This document shows positions 18,669 through 28,041 of a stretch of DNA of 64,000 nt, in pieces (positions within the stretch are counted from its first letter, which is position 1; each line of letters opens with the position of its first letter). The translations under genes and the position numbers were made by a program. The notes below the pieces were generated by a model. It worked only from the letters and a program-made list of their open reading frames with translations. It had not been told where the DNA came from and did not search any database. The stretch is from an uncultured delta proteobacterium (lineage in GTDB: Bacteria; Desulfobacterota; Binatia; UBA9968): NCBI GenBank assembly GCA_963745835.1, contig CAVUZH010000016.1, forward strand, positions 128,001-192,000, in the 5' to 3' direction.

Positions 18669-19148
18669 TCACTCCTTGAGATAAGACAGGTCTCCTTCCG
18701 GGCATGCGACCAAAATTTCGCCCCGATCTACTCTGACGGGCAAGCGATAGAGCGCTTGGCCCTTGCAAGGTCCGTCAACACACAACCCGGTGGCAAATTC
18801 GTAAAGAGCGCCATGGGTATAGCACATCAAGTATTTCCCATCAGCGCTAACAAATTGGTCACGAATAAAATCCAAGGGCGTCGGCATATGGCGGCAGCGA
18901 TTCACATAAGCATGAAAGTTACCTCGTTCGTTCACTAAAAACCCGTCGACCCGATACTTTTGGCAAATGATCCAAAATTTCTTGACCGAACCGGGACTCA
19001 GGTCTTCGACCTGGCTGATAACTCTGGCGCCATCGCGGCTTTCATCGCGCATCCGCCGTTTGTCGCGCAAAAAGTTGCGTCGGTGAATGCCTAAGCTAAC
19101 TAGGTAAAGAACAAGAAAAACAATCGACAGGTAAATAGTGATTTCCAC
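18669..19148 (-). CDS. Rieske [2Fe-2S] ferredoxin with probable N-terminal membrane anchor
   Basis: CRH...CYTH motif; hydrophobic first 22 residues followed by a basic stretch. Confidence 0.88.
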   Translation of the reverse strand: MEITIYLSIVFLVLYLVSLGIHRRNFLRDKRRMRDESRDGARVISQVEDLSPGSVKKFWIICQKYRVDGFLVNERGNFHAYVNRCRHMPTPLDFIRDQFVSADGKYLMCYTHGALYEFATGLCVDGPCKGQALYRLPVRVDRGEILVACPEGDLSYLKE

Positions 19149-19166
19149 GGCAGGTAAGTGAGAGAG

Positions 19167-19490
19167 CTATTTCGAATCCTTATCGACCGAATTACGGATC
19201 CGCTTGACGTTCTCAGTTGTCTGCTGCCCTGATATTCCCATCACCTTCATCAACTCGGTTGTCATCTCGGCAGTGACCTGATCTTGTACGCTTCCTTGTC
19301 CGTCCGGGTCGGCTTTCAAGAAGGTCATGATCTTCTGCTTGGCCACTCCAGTCTGCTCGAGCCCATCGAGAAACTCGCCAAATCCGACTTTGCCACGCAA
19401 CTCATCGACTCGCCCCATGAGCTTTTGACAGTCCGGACACATACGCGACCACAAACTCGAGCGGTCGCCGCAGTAAACACATTGACGCAT
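19167..19490 (-). CDS. Hypothetical protein with N-terminal Cys4 zinc-ribbon-like motif
   Basis: CVYC...CPDC; fills the gap in a co-directional operon. Confidence 0.7.
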   Translation of the reverse strand: MRQCVYCGDRSSLWSRMCPDCQKLMGRVDELRGKVGFGEFLDGLEQTGVAKQKIMTFLKADPDGQGSVQDQVTAEMTTELMKVMGISGQQTTENVKRIRNSVDKDSK

Positions 19491-19508
19491 ATCGATATCG
19501 ATCCGAAT

Positions 19509-20312
19509 TTATCCGTTGCGTGCCATAGCTTCCACCCACAAGCGCTGCAGTCCGTCGGCCAAAGATGCATTGGCGGCAACAACGCCGCGATGTTTGGCTT
19601 GCGGCCGGTTAAACATCAAACCAACGCCGGGCCCGTCAACCACTTTGCCGCCGGCCTCGAGCACAATCAACACGCCTGCGCAGATATCCCACTCGTGAAT
19701 CGAGCGAAACGTCAGCGTGCCATCGCCGTCACCCCCGGCTATTTTGGCCAATCTAAAGGCAATGCTGCCGACTTTCTGGATCTCGCAATGGTCGACGAAT
19801 ACCTGGAATTTCCGCTGCGGCTCCGAGCGGCTGACCAGCAGCAACGCGCCCTCTAGCGAACTGCGTTGAGAAACGCTAATCGGTTTATCGTTCAAGTAGG
19901 CTCCCTGGCCTGCGGTGGCCTTGTAGAGCGAATCTTCGGCCGGATTGTAAACAGCCGCGACAGTGGGCCGCCCATCAACGACGAAGCCGATCGACACTGC
20001 AAACTGGGGGACGCCTTCAATAAATTCTTTAGTCCCATCTATTGGATCAATGATCCAAATTCGGGAGGAACTCAGCCGTTTCGGGCTGTCCTGATCTTCC
20101 TCGGAAAGCCATCCGTCGTTTGCAAACCTGCCCGTGATAATTTCGCGAATTCTGCGGTTTGCTTCGATATCCGCGGTCGTGACGGGATTATTTTTACTCT
20201 TCTCACGAACATCAAATTTTCCCTTGAACAGCCGCATCACAATCGAGCCTGCTTCGCGGACCGCTTCTTCGGCAGTCGCCAACTCTTCTCTATAATCATG
20301 ATCAGCTGTCAC
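19509..20312 (-). CDS. CysQ / inositol monophosphatase family protein
   Basis: LSEE, WIIDPIDGT, HEWDICAG. Confidence 0.9.
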   Translation of the reverse strand: MTADHDYREELATAEEAVREAGSIVMRLFKGKFDVREKSKNNPVTTADIEANRRIREIITGRFANDGWLSEEDQDSPKRLSSSRIWIIDPIDGTKEFIEGVPQFAVSIGFVVDGRPTVAAVYNPAEDSLYKATAGQGAYLNDKPISVSQRSSLEGALLLVSRSEPQRKFQVFVDHCEIQKVGSIAFRLAKIAGGDGDGTLTFRSIHEWDICAGVLIVLEAGGKVVDGPGVGLMFNRPQAKHRGVVAANASLADGLQRLWVEAMARNG

Positions 20313-20404
20313 TAAACCACCTTGAGCCTAAATCGGTTTTCGGGACGGGACACCCTGCCAAACCGATAGGAACCGAGCATTGATTGCTCAGAGCGATAAC
20401 AATT

Positions 20405-20998
20405 TCATTCAAGACGAAAACTGTCCACAGGAGGTGCGACCGTAACCCCGGCTTTGACCATAGCGTCAATGGCTTGAGCAGAATCTTCGGGTTGGAGATT
20501 GACGCCGCAGATTGCGTCTTGGAGAAGGACAACCTGAAATCCCTGAATGAGGCCTTCGAGCACAGTTTCTTTGACACAATAATCGGTAGCCAATCCGCCG
20601 ACATAAATCCGTTCGATTCCGCGTTGCCTCAGAAGATCTTTCAACCCGGCACCGCGCGAATCCGCGGCAGCAAAAGCGGAGTAACTATCCTCGTCTGCAG
20701 CCGTCCCTTTGGATAGAACGACAGCATCGTTGCTAACCTTCAAGTCAGGATGAAACTCTGCGCCTTTTGATCCTTGGATGCAGTGAGGCGGCCATACCCC
20801 TCCTGCCGTATTGAAATGACTCGTCATTGGCGGATGCCAGTCGCGAGTAACAAAGATCGGCATGCCCGCTTGAGCGAACCTTTCAATGTAGCGGTTGAGA
20901 ACCGGCACAATACGATCGCCGTTCTGCACGCCCAGAGCGCCGCCTGGACAGAAATCATTTTGCACGTCAACGATCAACAATGCTTTGTTAATTTCCAT
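20405..20998 (-). CDS. pncA: Nicotinamidase/pyrazinamidase
   Basis: VDVQNDFCPGG, DWHP, WPPHC, GLATDYCV; start trimmed to MEINKALL. Confidence 0.93.
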   Translation of the reverse strand: MEINKALLIVDVQNDFCPGGALGVQNGDRIVPVLNRYIERFAQAGMPIFVTRDWHPPMTSHFNTAGGVWPPHCIQGSKGAEFHPDLKVSNDAVVLSKGTAADEDSYSAFAAADSRGAGLKDLLRQRGIERIYVGGLATDYCVKETVLEGLIQGFQVVLLQDAICGVNLQPEDSAQAIDAMVKAGVTVAPPVDSFRLE

Positions 20999-21068
20999 CG
21001 ATTTGTATTCATTATAGAGAATGATACGGTCGTTGCAATTGAGACTGTCGGAACAAATGGATCGCTGA

Positions 21069-21773
21069 ATGTCAATCAAAGCAGTTTTCTTCGATGCCGC
21101 GGGAACCCTCATTACGCCGGTCAGGCCCGTGGGTCAAACTTATACTTCATTTGCTAAAAACTACGGCATGGAGGTTTCTTCTTTTGAGATCTCCGAACGT
21201 TTCCGAACCTGTTTTGACGCCTCGCCCCCGCTCACGTTTGGTCCGGTCTCGCAGGGATCATTCGAACAGCTCGAGCGTGATTGGTGGAAAAAACTAGTGC
21301 AGTGCGTCTTTCAGCCCCTGGGGCGGTTCGAGCAATTTGATCAATTTTTTACCGAACTGTTTTCATATTTTGCCCGACCGGAGGCTTGGACTTTGTACCC
21401 TGATGTCGTAGAAACCTTGTCGGCCCTGCAAAAACGCGGCTTGGCGTTGGATGTCATCTCTAATTTTGATTCTCGGCTAATCGAAATACTCGCGGGACTC
21501 GGGATGGCCGGCTATTTTGAAGAGGTTTTCATTTCAAGCCGGGTCGGTCATGCAAAACCTGCGCGGCAGATCTTTGAAATGGCCTTGAAACGGCACAACC
21601 TGGCACCCGGCGAGGCCATGCACGTCGGCGATAGCGAAGAAAACGATTTGTACGGTGCCGCTAACGCCGGACTGTTGGGAGTTCTCATCGATCGAAGAGC
21701 GTATGAACGGCCGGGAAACTATCGGCAGATTAAAACTCTGAACGAAATTATCTCAATTCTCGATCAGGATTAA
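21069..21773 (+). CDS. HAD-IA family hydrolase
   Basis: FFDAAGTL, SNFD, KP..IF, HVGDS..ND. Confidence 0.92.
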   Translation: MSIKAVFFDAAGTLITPVRPVGQTYTSFAKNYGMEVSSFEISERFRTCFDASPPLTFGPVSQGSFEQLERDWWKKLVQCVFQPLGRFEQFDQFFTELFSYFARPEAWTLYPDVVETLSALQKRGLALDVISNFDSRLIEILAGLGMAGYFEEVFISSRVGHAKPARQIFEMALKRHNLAPGEAMHVGDSEENDLYGAANAGLLGVLIDRRAYERPGNYRQIKTLNEIISILDQD

Positions 21774-21787
21774 AGGCGGTTGCACAC

Positions 21788-21816
21788 TTGACACGCCATG
21801 GCGGCTACGGTAAACG
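21788..21816 (+). promoter_or_regulatory. Putative sigma70 promoter
   Basis: TTGACA-17 nt-TAAACG. Confidence 0.4.
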
Positions 21817-21838
21817 CCTGCTAACTTTGGGAAAATGA

Positions 21839-22552
21839 ATGACACAATCTAGCTGGCAACAAACCACATCCGACAACAGCACGATGCGCATGCACTTGAG
21901 CGTGGCCGAAGGACCCGGTCCTTTTCCAGGCATGGTGGTCATCCAACACCAATGGGGCGTCGACGAGTTCATGCAGAGTATCACAGCGCGATTAGCGCAA
22001 GCCGGCTACGTCGCCGCTGCGCCGGATCTCTATCACCGCGATGGCCCTGAATGCACCGACGATGTTATTGCACGCCGCTCCCGGCTCAGTGATCGCAAAG
22101 TTATCAATGATGTCCATGCGAGCGTGAAATTCCTGCGATCTCAACCGACCGTCGATGAGAATCGATTGGGCATTATCGGCTTTTGCATGGGCGGTCGTAT
22201 CGCCTATCTCCTGGCTGCTGCCAGTTCCGACTTTAAAGCGGCCGTCGTTTTCTACGGAGGTAACACGTTTCGCGCCTGGGGCCGCGACCTTCGCTCGCCG
22301 TTTGAGCGTACTTCGGAAATTCATTGCGCGGTTCAAGGTCACTTCGGCGCCGATGATCAGAACCCGTCCCCCGACGATATGCGCAAGCTCGATCTTGAGC
22401 TTACGAAATTTGACAAGAAGCACGAGTTCTATTCATACCCGGACGCCGCCCATGCATTCATGGACCATACCCATGAGAGCTACCGCCGTCATGCAGATGA
22501 GGCTGCGTGGCCGCGAACTTTGGAGTTTTTGACAACGCATTTGTCAACTTAG
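21839..22552 (+). CDS. Dienelactone hydrolase family protein
   Basis: APDLYHR, GFCMGG, HAF; alpha/beta hydrolase. Confidence 0.92.
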   Translation: MTQSSWQQTTSDNSTMRMHLSVAEGPGPFPGMVVIQHQWGVDEFMQSITARLAQAGYVAAAPDLYHRDGPECTDDVIARRSRLSDRKVINDVHASVKFLRSQPTVDENRLGIIGFCMGGRIAYLLAAASSDFKAAVVFYGGNTFRAWGRDLRSPFERTSEIHCAVQGHFGADDQNPSPDDMRKLDLELTKFDKKHEFYSYPDAAHAFMDHTHESYRRHADEAAWPRTLEFLTTHLST

Positions 22553-22593
22553 CCGGTCCTGTAAAGTGAACGATAACGATCAAGGATAACAAC

Positions 22594-23289
22594 GTGCGCA
22601 ATACCAGACCGGAACGCAAAGCCGTGGCGGACGCCCTGGTTCGAGAACGCCAACGAATCTCGCGCGAGCTCCATGACCGGGCGCTGCAAATCTTATCAAG
22701 CGTCAGATTAAGAGCTGAAGTATGCCGCGACCAGCTCGTGACCGACCAAGAATCTTTACGGCGGGAGCTAAAGATCATCGAGAAAGAAATCGACACAGTC
22801 ATCCTCGAAATCCGCAACATACTCGCTGAGACCCAAGAACGAAGAGAACTCAAGGCGGGCTCGTTGGAGCGAAGACTTAAGGCGGAGCTCGATATCTTCC
22901 GCGCGCGAACCGGTTTTAACTTGGATTTTCGCTGCACGGTCCATGCGCGTGATTTGCCTCAGGAGATCGAACGAGAATTGTATTTCACGTTGAGAGAAGG
23001 AGTTCTCAACGCCGTGCGACATGCCCGTGCATCGCAACTGACATTGGCGCTCTCCAGAGACGCCACGAGCTGCAACGCCCGGTTGATCGATAATGGTGTC
23101 GGCTTCGACATATCGACAGCGGAAGGCGGCAATCATTACGGCCTAAGAAGCATGCGCGAGCGAATGAAGAGGATCGGCGGCGAGCTCACGGTAGAGTCGG
23201 CGCCGGGGACCGGCACACGGCTCTTCATCACAATACCTTTGGGCGAACCAGTGAATGCTTCGGATCGGCTAAAACACCCGTCTAATTAA
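22594..23289 (+). CDS. Sensor-less NarX/DesK-type histidine kinase (HisKA_3 plus HATPase)
   Basis: ERQRISRELHD, EGVLNAVRHA, DNGVGF, GLRSMRER, GTGT. Confidence 0.88.
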   Translation: MRNTRPERKAVADALVRERQRISRELHDRALQILSSVRLRAEVCRDQLVTDQESLRRELKIIEKEIDTVILEIRNILAETQERRELKAGSLERRLKAELDIFRARTGFNLDFRCTVHARDLPQEIERELYFTLREGVLNAVRHARASQLTLALSRDATSCNARLIDNGVGFDISTAEGGNHYGLRSMRERMKRIGGELTVESAPGTGTRLFITIPLGEPVNASDRLKHPSN

Positions 23290-23344
23290 CATTAACAAGC
23301 GCAAAGCTACGCAGCGGAATACTATCCCAAGCTGCGCAGACGAT

Positions 23345-23845
23345 TCATTGCGCGGCGAGATTGGCCAAACTTTCTCCCGTCAATCGGAACACGGTCCAAC
23401 CGTTCATTGGGACCGCACCGAGCTTGGTATAGAAATCTACGGCGAGTTTATTCCAATCGAGCACAGACCATTCGAGCCGCCCGCAGTTTCGCTCCATGGC
23501 TAAGCGCGCTACGTAGCGCAGTAACGCCGCGCCAAACCCCCTCCTACGGTATGGTTCATCGACGAAGAGATCCTCAATGTAGAGCCCTGACCGGCCCAAG
23601 AAAGTCGAATAGTTGTGGAAGAACAGCACCAAGCCAATCGGTTTACTCTGGAAAAAGCCGATGGCAACCTCCGCCGTTTTACCCGAGCTAAATAGGGTCT
23701 CCCTCAACGACTCCTCGGTGGCGACGACTTCGTGCGCAAGCTTTTCATAGTGGGCGAGCTTCTTGATGAAACAAAGAATCAGCGGCACGTCATCGATAGT
23801 AGCCCGGCGTATTTCAAAATCCGGCAAACTCCCCGAGAAGCTCAT
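23345..23845 (-). CDS. GNAT acetyltransferase (diamine acetyltransferase-like)
   Basis: LAHYEK, YIEDLFV, RRRGFG, LEWSVLDWN. Confidence 0.9.
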   Translation of the reverse strand: MSFSGSLPDFEIRRATIDDVPLILCFIKKLAHYEKLAHEVVATEESLRETLFSSGKTAEVAIGFFQSKPIGLVLFFHNYSTFLGRSGLYIEDLFVDEPYRRRGFGAALLRYVARLAMERNCGRLEWSVLDWNKLAVDFYTKLGAVPMNGWTVFRLTGESLANLAAQ

Positions 23846-23903
23846 GTGTCCTCTTTGGCAGGGTCAATCACAGCGCTCCTCCTCGATGGAGCCAGCGAAG
23901 AAG

Positions 23904-26120
23904 TTACTTTTTAGCTTCTTTAAGAGCGCGCCAGACACGTTCAGGAGTCAGCGGCAGGTCTTTGATACGAACTCCTGTGGCCCGTTCCAACGCATTGCAA
24001 ACGGATGGCGCCACCGATAACAAACCGCCTTCACCCATACCACGAACTCCATAGGGACCCGGACCGTCCTCGTTTTCCACCAAGACCGTGCGGAACTCCT
24101 CAGGAGTATCGTTGAAGCTCGGCACACGGTAATCAACCAGATTCGGGTTGAGCAGGTTACCGTTGACGTCATAGACCATCTGTTCAAAGAGCGTATGGCC
24201 GATGCCCATCATAGCCGCGCCCTCTTCCTGGCCCACGCAACCCTCTGGATGGATTGCCTTGCCGACGTCCGCAACGGAAATCAAACGCTTGACGCCAATT
24301 TCACCCGTATCTTCGTCGATCTGGAGCTCGACCATGCCCATGCCGACTTCCCAGAACACCGGCATTTTGTTCTCCGTTAGTCCTGGAGTTGTCTCGCCGT
24401 GTCCGATCAACTCGCCACCGGAGCCTTTACCGAAACGGCGCTCGAGCGCTTCTTGGAACGTCAGACGCGCCTCGCCGCTAATCAGAGAGCCATCCTGAAG
24501 TTTGACTTGGTTCTGTGGCACGCGAAATGTCCCCGCAGCAATCATGACCAATTGTTTTCTCAAATCTCGAGCCGCGCCTTGCACCGCGTTACCCATACAG
24601 GTGGTCGACCGGCTGGAACCCGTTGAGCTATCGTAAGGCGTGACTTTGGTGTCCGCACCAGCCACACGAATACGATCGAGCGGAATACTCAATTCCTCGG
24701 CGGCGATCTGGGAGAGAACCGTTCGCACTCCTTGCCCCATCTCGGTGCTGCCAGCGAAAAGATTCACGACGCCGTCGGACTGCAGGCGTGCCATCGCAAC
24801 TGATACCGGGGTGGCTCCCGCATTGGTCACGGCGCAGGCTAATCCAACCGGCGAAGCCTTCTTCTTGGTCATGGATTTCCATCGGCTCGCGCCGACGAGC
24901 TTCTTAAGGCCGTAATTCAAATCGGCATCGATGCCTTTAAGACCGGGACGGAGTTCCTCACCCTTTTTCAAGAGATTTTTTTGGCGCAATTCCGCCGGAT
25001 CCATGCCTAGACGGGCCGCCGCAATGTCGATTTGTGATTCGCCTGCGAAAATAACCTGCGGCGCGCCGATCGCGCGAAACGAACCCGCGGAACCAGAGTT
25101 GGTATACACCGAATACGCATGCGTCAGAATATTAGGAATCCGATAAGGACCAATGACGCGGGTTGCCGCGCGAATCGTCACGGCCGGGCCGTTGTCGTCA
25201 TAGGCGCCGGTGTCGAGATAGATTTCAGCCTCCCGGGCAGTGATCGTGCCATCGTTCTTAAAACCGGTTTTGACCCTCACCTGCGCCGCGTGGCGGCGGA
25301 CTGTGATCATAGACTCGCCGACCGAGTTACACACTCGAACAGGCGCCTTCGCTTTGCGCGCCAAGGCAACAACCAGCGGCTCGAACTTGGTGTACGACTT
25401 GCTGCCATAGCCTCCACCCAAATATGAGATCACCATCCGCACTCTCGACGCCGGCAAACGAAATACTTTGGCGATATCTCCCCGTACCTGGAAGGGATGC
25501 TGCGCCGAAGACCACACAGTAACGCCATCTTCATTCCAATGGGCAATAACGGCGTGCGGCTCCATCGCATAATGATAAACCATCGGAAACGTAAACTGGT
25601 CTTCGAGAACCAAATGAGACTGCGCAAACGCCTCGTGCACATCGCCGCGGACCACGCTCTCGTGACTGCAGATGTTATCGCTCCGCCCTTCATGTATCAG
25701 AGCAGCGCCGGGGGCGCGCGCCCTGTCGATGCCGATGGCGGCCGGAAATTCCTCATATTGCACCTCGATTAGCGCGGCAGCCTGTTCAGCCGTGCCCTGA
25801 TCGACTGCCGCAACAGCTGCTACTGGTTCTCCAACGTAACGGACCTTATTCATCGCAATCACCGGGCGCCCGGAGTAAATGGCGTTGAGATCCGATATAT
25901 CGGCATTCGTCAGTACCGCCGCGACGCCTTCAAGCGCTTCAGCTTTGGACGCGTCGATTGAGACAATCCTCGCGTGAGGATAGGAACTGCGAACCACTTT
26001 CCCGTGCAGCATCCCGGGCACAGCCAAATCGCCGAGAAATTTCGCCTGGCCTGTAACTTTTTCAATGCCATCTACTCGCGGGACACTCTGACCGACAAAC
26101 TTGAGCGATTGTTTGACCAT
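23904..26120 (-). CDS. Xanthine dehydrogenase family molybdopterin-binding subunit (orphan)
   Basis: VGQSVPRVDG, GGGYGSK, FRAIG, EMGQG, RGMGE; start trimmed to MVKQSLK. Confidence 0.92.
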   Translation of the reverse strand: MVKQSLKFVGQSVPRVDGIEKVTGQAKFLGDLAVPGMLHGKVVRSSYPHARIVSIDASKAEALEGVAAVLTNADISDLNAIYSGRPVIAMNKVRYVGEPVAAVAAVDQGTAEQAAALIEVQYEEFPAAIGIDRARAPGAALIHEGRSDNICSHESVVRGDVHEAFAQSHLVLEDQFTFPMVYHYAMEPHAVIAHWNEDGVTVWSSAQHPFQVRGDIAKVFRLPASRVRMVISYLGGGYGSKSYTKFEPLVVALARKAKAPVRVCNSVGESMITVRRHAAQVRVKTGFKNDGTITAREAEIYLDTGAYDDNGPAVTIRAATRVIGPYRIPNILTHAYSVYTNSGSAGSFRAIGAPQVIFAGESQIDIAAARLGMDPAELRQKNLLKKGEELRPGLKGIDADLNYGLKKLVGASRWKSMTKKKASPVGLACAVTNAGATPVSVAMARLQSDGVVNLFAGSTEMGQGVRTVLSQIAAEELSIPLDRIRVAGADTKVTPYDSSTGSSRSTTCMGNAVQGAARDLRKQLVMIAAGTFRVPQNQVKLQDGSLISGEARLTFQEALERRFGKGSGGELIGHGETTPGLTENKMPVFWEVGMGMVELQIDEDTGEIGVKRLISVADVGKAIHPEGCVGQEEGAAMMGIGHTLFEQMVYDVNGNLLNPNLVDYRVPSFNDTPEEFRTVLVENEDGPGPYGVRGMGEGGLLSVAPSVCNALERATGVRIKDLPLTPERVWRALKEAKK

Positions 26121-26295
26121 TGCTCTCCATCCACAGCTAATTTTGGTTGAACCTAACAAAGCGATGTTTCCCGCGCAAGGAAAGCTGCGGCGTGTTACGT
26201 GTCAAAAACGAAAACGCGTCGATTGATGATGCGGCTCGGGATCAGCAAACATCGAATGTTAGGAATCGATTGACACATCGGCTATAACTTTGTTC

Positions 26296-26991
26296 ATGCG
26301 TTTTCCTGATCGGCTTATCCGCGGCATTCTTGTTCGCCGATACAAGCGTTTTCTCGCCGATGTACGCCTGGATGACGGCCGAGTCGTCATAGCCCACTGC
26401 ACCAACACCGGCAGCATGACAGGCTGCGCCGAACCCGGTAGCACGGTGTATATTTCACCCAGCACGAAGGAAGGCCGCCGTTTGCTGTATACGTGGGAAA
26501 TCGTCAAAGTCGGAACAACTTGGGTCGGCATTAACACCCTGCATCCGAACCGCCTCGTCGCCGAATCTATAGAAAAGGGCGTCATCAGCGAACTGCGTGG
26601 ATATGCGACAATCCATCGTGAGGTAATTACGCGCCAAGGCACGCGATTAGATCTGCGGCTTGATGGCAATAATGGCTTTTGTTTCGTCGAAGTTAAAAAT
26701 GTCACACTCGTCATAGATGGTGCGGCGGCATTTCCCGATGCAGTTACCGAGCGCGGCACTAAACATTTGAAAGAATTGATCTGGCTCCGCAGAAAAGGCC
26801 ATCGGGCCGCGGTAGTTTTCGTGATCCAACGCGGCGACTGCGACTATTTTCGACCGGCCGATGAAATCGACTCGGAGTACGGTCGCTGGTTGCGCCGAGC
26901 CGTCAAAGCGGGCGTGGAAGCGTTGCCTTATCGAGCACGAGTTACGGCTAGGGAAGTGGTCCTGACCGAACGGCTTGAAGCGAGATTCTGA
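26296..26991 (+). CDS. sfsA: SfsA family DNA/RNA nuclease-like protein
   Basis: RRYKRFLADV, NTGSM, EVKNVTL, FPDAVTERG.KHL. Confidence 0.95.
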   Translation: MRFPDRLIRGILVRRYKRFLADVRLDDGRVVIAHCTNTGSMTGCAEPGSTVYISPSTKEGRRLLYTWEIVKVGTTWVGINTLHPNRLVAESIEKGVISELRGYATIHREVITRQGTRLDLRLDGNNGFCFVEVKNVTLVIDGAAAFPDAVTERGTKHLKELIWLRRKGHRAAVVFVIQRGDCDYFRPADEIDSEYGRWLRRAVKAGVEALPYRARVTAREVVLTERLEARF

Positions 26992-27137
26992 TCAGATCTC
27001 CAACTAGTACGGACGCAGCTCCAGCCCTCGTTGAGAGAGACGGTTTTGGATGACAATCAACTTTAGCCAATAAAGATGAATCGCGCCCTCAGCTCTGTTT
27101 AAACGGGATGCCCATAGCAAGGAAATAGCTCGACGCC

Positions 27138-27923
27138 TCAATTCATCAACCGTCCGCCGGAAACGTTGAGCGATTCTCCGGTGGTGTGCGATGAGTCGCT
27201 CGATGCGAGAAATAAAGCAGCTTTTGCGACCTCCTCGTGTTTGGCATATTTTCGCAAAGGCGTCAGCTCCAAGATGCTTTTCTCCAACTGCGAGAATTCC
27301 ATTCCCAGTCCCTTGGCCCGTTCCGCATACATGACCCGCAGGTCGGGCTCATCCATACCACCGGGACAAATGATATTGGCTCTGATGCCGTAGGGTCCGG
27401 CCTCTTTGGCGATGGTCTGAGTCAACCCCAATAATCCCCACTTGGCGGCGCAAAGAGAACCGCGCAGAGCCATACCTTCTTTTCCGGCGGTACCGGAGAT
27501 GCTGACGATGCTGCCGCTTTTCTGTTTCATCATCACTTTTAACACTGCCCTGCAGCACAGAAACACAGCCTTCAGATTAACTGAAAGAACAAGATCCCAT
27601 TCCTCCTCAGTGATGTCTTGCACCGGGACGAGCGGCCCGCGTAATCCCGCGCTGTTGACGAGGACATCGATTTTGCCATGGCGCTCGATAACTTCGTTCA
27701 CCATGTTGTTGACCTGGGCATCATCAGTGGCATCGGCAATAAGAGCGATTGCATTGCCGCCCCGTTGGTTAATTGCTTGAGCCACGCCATCCAATTGCGA
27801 CTTAGCCGTATCGAGATCGACTAAGACAACGTTGGCTCCTTCTTCAGAGAAGAAGTGGGCAATCGCCTCGCCGATACCTCGAGCACCACCCACCACTACA
27901 GCTACCTGGCCAGCTAATTTCAT
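27138..27923 (-). CDS. SDR family oxidoreductase
   Basis: GGARGIG, VNSAG; the YxxxK position reads LCAAK; AAGGAG RBS before ATG 27923. Confidence 0.9.
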   Translation of the reverse strand: MKLAGQVAVVVGGARGIGEAIAHFFSEEGANVVLVDLDTAKSQLDGVAQAINQRGGNAIALIADATDDAQVNNMVNEVIERHGKIDVLVNSAGLRGPLVPVQDITEEEWDLVLSVNLKAVFLCCRAVLKVMMKQKSGSIVSISGTAGKEGMALRGSLCAAKWGLLGLTQTIAKEAGPYGIRANIICPGGMDEPDLRVMYAERAKGLGMEFSQLEKSILELTPLRKYAKHEEVAKAALFLASSDSSHTTGESLNVSGGRLMN

Positions 27924-27981
27924 GATTGCTCCTTTCGGTAGGCAGCCCACTGCGGGCCATCTATCTGTTGCAACAGCGTTC

Positions 27982-28017
27982 AAAAAAAAGAGGGCGACTG
28001 CATCTGCGGCCGCCCTC
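27982..28017 (-). terminator. Intrinsic terminator after the UbiD gene
   Basis: GAGGGCGG...UCGCCCUC hairpin plus U8 on the minus strand. Confidence 0.8.
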
Positions 28018-28041
28018 CTGTAAACACAACCAGAGTTTTTC

